Source: Polyangiaceae bacterium (GTDB lineage Bacteria > Myxococcota_A > Polyangia > Polyangiales > Polyangiaceae). From it: a stretch of 64,000 nucleotides of DNA. Below are positions 59,714-64,000 of the stretch, piece by piece. Numbering within the stretch: position 1 is the stretch's first letter; each line of letters opens with the position of its first letter. The notes beneath the pieces are model-generated. The model saw only the letters and a list, made by a program, of their open reading frames with translations. It was not told the DNA's origin and did not search any database. A program made the position numbers and the translations under genes. Location: positions 480,001 through 544,000 of the forward strand of contig CBDCTZ010000016.1 of NCBI GenBank assembly GCA_965222375.1, read 5' to 3'.

Positions 59714-60946
59714 GTGGGAAACCGAACCGGAAGTGCGGACCTACCCCTACACGGGGGTCGTGTGCCCGCGTGGCTCGCCACCCGCATGGCCAAGCTCGGT
59801 ACGGTCATCACAGAAGCCATCGTGCTGGAGTACGGCCGTGACGAGTTCCTACGGCGGCTGTCCCACCCGTTCTGGTTTCAGTCCTTTGGGGCCGTCATGG
59901 GCATGGATTGGCACTCGAGCGGCATCACCACCAGCGTGATGGGCGCCCTGAAGCGGGGGTTCGCGCCCCTCGAAAGCGAATTGGGCCTGTACGTTTGCGG
60001 CGGCAGAGGTCGCCACTCCCGCAAGACCCCGGAAGAGCTACGCGCGGTTGGCAGTCGCACCGGTATCGACGGCGATTCTCTGGCCCACACGAGTCGCCTC
60101 GTTGCCAAGGTAGATAGCGCTGCCGTGAACGATGGATACGACATCTATCTGCACTCTTTTATCGTTGCTGCAGATGGCAAGTGGGCCGTGATTCAGCAGG
60201 GCATGGCTCCAGCCTCCCGCACCGCGCGCCGCTACCACTGGCTCAGTGAGGGCCTTCAGAGCTTCGTTGACGCGCCACACTCCGCCATCGAGGGCGAAAA
60301 CATGGGCCTGATTTCGAACCTGACTGATCGCCGCGCGCACCAGAACCGCGAAGCGCAGCTCGCCCTGGTCAACTCTGGTCCAGATCGCGCGCTGGCCTCC
60401 TACGCTGAGGCGCGCCCGGCCAAAAAGCCCAGACAGGCCACGCTCCCGCATCTGTCCCTGCCGGCGCACCACGAAGTGTTGGCCGGCGATGTGGTCATGC
60501 GTCGGCTTTACGCGGCTCTTGCTGCGGCCGCCGATCGCGGGCCCAAAGACTTCGCTGAGCTGTTGATGGTGCCGGGGGTGGGCGCCAGAACCGTGGAGAC
60601 CCTGGCGCTGGTTAGCGAAGTCATCCACGGAGCTCCGTACCGGTTCTCGGATCCGGCGCGATTCTCCTACGCCCTGGGAGGCAAAGACGGTCACCCGTTT
60701 CCGGTTCCGCTGCGGGTCTATGACCGCACCCTGGGCGTCCTGCGCCAGGCCGTGGACCGAGCGAAGCTGCAGCAATCAGACAAGCTGCACGCTCTGAAGC
60801 GCCTGGATCAGCAGGCGCGGGTGCTGGACGGCGTGGCTTTGGGTCAGCCTCTGGAAGTGATCCTCAAACGGGAGCGATCCCTGTCGCACCTCTACGGCGG
60901 ACGAACCGTGTTTGGTGACCGCAAACCCCGGCCAGGGCGCGGGTGA
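59714..60946 (+). CDS. DUF763 domain protein
   Basis: ADLPLHGGRVPAWL, FWFQSFGAVMGMDWHSSGITT, AKVDSAAV, PGVGART (HhH-like), GGKDGHPFPV. Confidence 0.92.
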   Translation: MGNRTGSADLPLHGGRVPAWLATRMAKLGTVITEAIVLEYGRDEFLRRLSHPFWFQSFGAVMGMDWHSSGITTSVMGALKRGFAPLESELGLYVCGGRGRHSRKTPEELRAVGSRTGIDGDSLAHTSRLVAKVDSAAVNDGYDIYLHSFIVAADGKWAVIQQGMAPASRTARRYHWLSEGLQSFVDAPHSAIEGENMGLISNLTDRRAHQNREAQLALVNSGPDRALASYAEARPAKKPRQATLPHLSLPAHHEVLAGDVVMRRLYAALAAAADRGPKDFAELLMVPGVGARTVETLALVSEVIHGAPYRFSDPARFSYALGGKDGHPFPVPLRVYDRTLGVLRQAVDRAKLQQSDKLHALKRLDQQARVLDGVALGQPLEVILKRERSLSHLYGGRTVFGDRKPRPGRG

Positions 60947-61386
60947 TGTTGCGAGCGGCGGCACTGTGCTTGTGGGAAGCGCCCCAGAACGTTCTTGGGG
61001 CGTCGCTGTATCTGGCAGAGCGACTCACGGGCTTGGCGAAGGAGTCGACGCGACAACATGGGCGGCTGTTCGTCAAGTCGCGCGTCAGCGCGGTCAGTCT
61101 CGGCTACTTCGTATTCTGGACGGAAGGCACCACCCGCTACTTCGTGCACGATGAGAGCACGCGCCTGCACGAGTACGGGCACACCTTCCAGTCGCGCTGG
61201 TTGGGGCCTCTGTATCTGCCGCTGGTCGGCGTCCCCAGCGTTTTGCGCGTGCTCTACGCCCTGGTCTATCGCGAGGCGACGGGCCGGCGCTGGGGTGGCT
61301 ACTTCGACGGCTACCCGGAGCGGTGGGCCGACGAGCTGGGCGGCGTGACACGGAGCTACCGCGAGTTGTTGGCGCGAGCCGAGTAG
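60943..61386 (+). CDS. Small membrane-associated HExxH protein
   Basis: VSLGYFVF...HEYGHTFQSRWLGPLYL...ERWAD; GTGA overlap with the DUF763 gene. Confidence 0.75.
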   Translation: MMLRAAALCLWEAPQNVLGASLYLAERLTGLAKESTRQHGRLFVKSRVSAVSLGYFVFWTEGTTRYFVHDESTRLHEYGHTFQSRWLGPLYLPLVGVPSVLRVLYALVYREATGRRWGGYFDGYPERWADELGGVTRSYRELLARAE

Positions 61387-61492
61387 CGGGCCTAGAGCAG
61401 TGTTCCTGCGGTTGCTTCGCTTGCCTTGCTCTTGCTTTCGAGAAGAGCGGAGATTAACTTGGCTTGCACCGGTAGTGTGGGGGCGGCGCGCC

Positions 61493-63109
61493 ATGCATGT
61501 GAGGGGTCGAGTCACTGGGTTGGGCGGAAGGTCGTGCCCAACGGATTGCGGTGTTCACCGGCTAGTGAGCGGTGCAACCGCCCTGTTGGTCGCGGCCACG
61601 CCATCATGTCAGCAACCGACCGAGGTGGTGCTCGAGCTAACCACGGATGTCTCGTGTCCGCTCAGAAGCGCTCAGATTACGGCTGGTGCGCCCGATGACG
61701 TGGAGAAGCGTCGTCCCAACGCCTCGACCTCAACCTGTTCCGGAGCCGGCTCGCGCAATCAGATCGGTTCGCTGGTACTCGTGCCCAGCGAAGGCAACCA
61801 GCGCGCCGCTCTCGGCGTCCGCATTGTCGCCGGTGTCGATGTGCCAGTTGAAGCATGTCAGCCACCCGATTATCGAGGTTGCATTGTTGCGCGGCGATCT
61901 CTACGTTTTCTCGAGAACAAGCGCTTGACGCTGCCGGTCATCTTGCGCACTCAGTGCAAGACTTCGCTCAGCCCCGGAGCTCCGAGTTTGGCGTGCGGCA
62001 CTCGGGAAACGTGCGTCCGAGGGGCATGCGTGCCATGGGAAATCGACCCGGCCAAATGCCTGGGTAGCAGTGGCTGCGGCGAATCGGTTCTCATCTCCGA
62101 GCCGGACGGTGGAGTCATCAATCCTTGCAATGCAGGTAACGGTCCAGATGCGGATGGCGACGGATTCACTGAGGCTGACGGGGACTGTGACGATTGTGAC
62201 GCGTCGGCGAACCCAGGAGCCTTCGACTTCCCGAGCAACAACCGAGACGAGGACTGTTCCGGAACTGCTGATGATGCCGATGTGAGCTGCGACTCCACTG
62301 TCGGCAAGATTGACGACCCGGACCCGCTCGCTGGCGCACGCGCCATCGGCCTGTGTAATATTTCAGACGGCATTGCGTGGGGCATCATCGAAGCACGCTA
62401 TACAAAAGCAGACGGATCTCCGGGGATGAATCCGCTTTCTCACGGGGTACTAGGTGCGTTTGGTCCCAACGTTGCTCCTCGCGAGGGAAAAAGGCTGTTG
62501 GCACTGTCTAGCGGCGCAGCGCGAACCCCGACAGATCCGGGCTTCATTCCTGGTTCAAACGACAACATGGGAACATCCGGAGGAGCTCCTCCGGGCTTCC
62601 CCGCCGTTGCGCCTCAGTGTGGTGGGAGTGCGTCCACCACCGAGGTCAATGACACTGCGGCATTGGACCTGACACTCCGAATTCCCACGAACGCCAAGAG
62701 TATCGCATTCGACTTCAACTTCTATAGCTCGGAGTTTCCGGAGTGGGTACAAACGGTTTATAACGATGCCTTTGTCACACTGCTGAGTCCTGCCCCATCG
62801 GGTGCGCTCAACGGCAACGTCGCCTTCGACGGAAACCAGTGTCCAATCAACGTTAGCGGTGCCTTCATGCAGGTGTGCAGTGGGTGTGCTTTGGGGGTGG
62901 CGGGATTGCAAGGGACGGGGTTCGAAAGCGACGGCGCAACGGGCTGGCTGACGTCGCACGCGAACGTCCCACCTGGCGAGGTCGTTCGCCTTCGCTTCGC
63001 CATTTGGGATACCGCGGATTCGGTCTTGGATTCTCTTGTTCTCATTGACAACGTCCGTTGGTCGCCGAATGCGGCGCCCGGGACATCTACGACGCCTGTG
63101 CCGCGCTAG
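61493..63109 (+). CDS. Secreted Cys-rich protein with DxDGDG/DCDD metal-binding motif and C-terminal beta-sandwich (choice-of-anchor L-like)
   Basis: DADGDGF...GDCDDCDASANPGA...DEDCSG; FDFNFYSSEFPEW...YNDAF; FAIWDTADSVLDSLVLIDN. Start uncertain. Confidence 0.8.
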   Translation: MHVRGRVTGLGGRSCPTDCGVHRLVSGATALLVAATPSCQQPTEVVLELTTDVSCPLRSAQITAGAPDDVEKRRPNASTSTCSGAGSRNQIGSLVLVPSEGNQRAALGVRIVAGVDVPVEACQPPDYRGCIVARRSLRFLENKRLTLPVILRTQCKTSLSPGAPSLACGTRETCVRGACVPWEIDPAKCLGSSGCGESVLISEPDGGVINPCNAGNGPDADGDGFTEADGDCDDCDASANPGAFDFPSNNRDEDCSGTADDADVSCDSTVGKIDDPDPLAGARAIGLCNISDGIAWGIIEARYTKADGSPGMNPLSHGVLGAFGPNVAPREGKRLLALSSGAARTPTDPGFIPGSNDNMGTSGGAPPGFPAVAPQCGGSASTTEVNDTAALDLTLRIPTNAKSIAFDFNFYSSEFPEWVQTVYNDAFVTLLSPAPSGALNGNVAFDGNQCPINVSGAFMQVCSGCALGVAGLQGTGFESDGATGWLTSHANVPPGEVVRLRFAIWDTADSVLDSLVLIDNVRWSPNAAPGTSTTPVPR

Positions 63110-63335
63110 TGCAGCTTAATCGAGCGAGAACCCGACGACGGATGGTGTGTTGTAGCGGTTGCGGAGCGGATGCCTGCTACCTGGGCGCATCGCCGCTCCG
63201 GATTTGGATGTGCTGTGTGATCCCACTCACGGACAAGCTCTTACCGTCAGGAATTCGTGGTCGACGACCGGCTCGAAGCGGTACAATGCAATAGACCTAG
63301 TCACGTTCTTCACAGTTTCGAAGAGTTACGCTGGA

Positions 63336-64000
63336 ATGGAGACAGAAACTCGTTGCGAGCTTGTGCGAATCGCCCGACGCGCGGGAGGTGCATTGCTCTG
63401 TGTCTTGTGTGGCTGCCAGGAGCCCACCCAGGCAACACTCATTTTCGAGACGGACGTGCTTTGCCCGCGCAACGAGTCTGCGATCGCGCTGGGACAACTC
63501 GGCCCAGCGTTGGAGCAAGCTGCCCCGAGCGCCCTGGGTCCAAGCTGCACCACGGGAGCCAACAGCACCATCGGAACGCTCGTTGTGGTTCCAAGCGATG
63601 ACAGCAATCCGTCTTTTGGCGTTCGCGCGGTGCTGGGAATTCAGAAGCCCACTTCCGCCTGTAGTGCTAGCGACGCATATGCTGGTTGTACCATTGCGCG
63701 ACGCGGCCTCGCGCTTCGTGCTAACGAACCCCTTGCAGTGCGCATCGGTCTCTGGAACGAATGCGTGGGACAAGCGTGCGCCGCCGACCAAACGTGCGTG
63801 CGGGGTGGCCAGTGTGTCAGCGCACTGATTCCGGACAGTTCGCGGTGTTCCGAAGACAGCCCATGTGATGAGGGCGTTCTGCTGAGTGGATCCCCAGCAG
63901 GGCTCGCGTGCGACACCCTCTGCAAGCGCGCCGTCCAGTGCAGCGGGAAACCCTCCGCCCTCCAGCCCTGCTTGGAGGATTGCGCGTTCGTAGCTCAGGA
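63336..64000 (+). CDS. Lipoprotein sharing its N-terminal domain with the preceding gene (runs off window end)
   Basis: Manual translation METETRC...LCGCQEPTQATLIFETDVLCP...IGTLVVVPS...GVRAVLG...YAGCTIARR parallels CQQPTEVVLELTTDVSCP...IGSLVLVPS...YRGCIVARR. Confidence 0.75.
   Translation, partial: METETRCELVRIARRAGGALLCVLCGCQEPTQATLIFETDVLCPRNESAIALGQLGPALEQAAPSALGPSCTTGANSTIGTLVVVPSDDSNPSFGVRAVLGIQKPTSACSASDAYAGCTIARRGLALRANEPLAVRIGLWNECVGQACAADQTCVRGGQCVSALIPDSSRCSEDSPCDEGVLLSGSPAGLACDTLCKRAVQCSGKPSALQPCLEDCAFVAQ

Noticed and set aside
63110..63335. Structured RNA in the intergenic gap (cggagcggatgc...gcatcgccgctccg hairpin)
   Set aside because: A single imperfect GC hairpin without U-tract or second copy; insufficient evidence.

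Overview
GC-rich chromosomal window from a myxobacterium, most likely Polyangia/Sorangiineae-like. This is inferred from a MYXO-CTERM protein, myxobacterial Cys-rich repeats, Gly-rich lipoproteins and Hanks-type kinases. It holds about 55 protein-coding genes. Recognisable housekeeping genes are pntA, pntB, ettA, a YqeY protein, a Ser/Thr dehydratase, two PaaI thioesterases, a UbiB/AarF kinase, and Nramp, DMT and DedA-type membrane proteins. Accessory content includes a divergent kinase pair followed by a PEGA protein and a mosaic tandem array of three PGRS-like lipoprotein genes; a four-helix-bundle gene bracketed by inverted heptamer arrays with a branched palindrome; a delta-class carbonic anhydrase-like lipoprotein; twin very basic Spy-like genes with duplicated ECF-type promoters and terminators; and a Fic-HTH gene with an AT-rich palindromic leader. 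The most striking element is a cobalamin-dependent radical SAM enzyme (51548-53809, minus strand) fused in frame to an internal lipoprotein-type signal, four synonymously diverged D-x-[FM]-V-A-D-P-[PL]-P-x-D-x-G repeats and a small beta-rich domain. It is a candidate self-modifying enzyme-precursor fusion. I recognised no rRNA, tRNA, CRISPR array, transposase or reverse transcriptase. Several homopolymer frameshifts suggest residual long-read errors. All family calls are by-eye motif recognition, not database searches.
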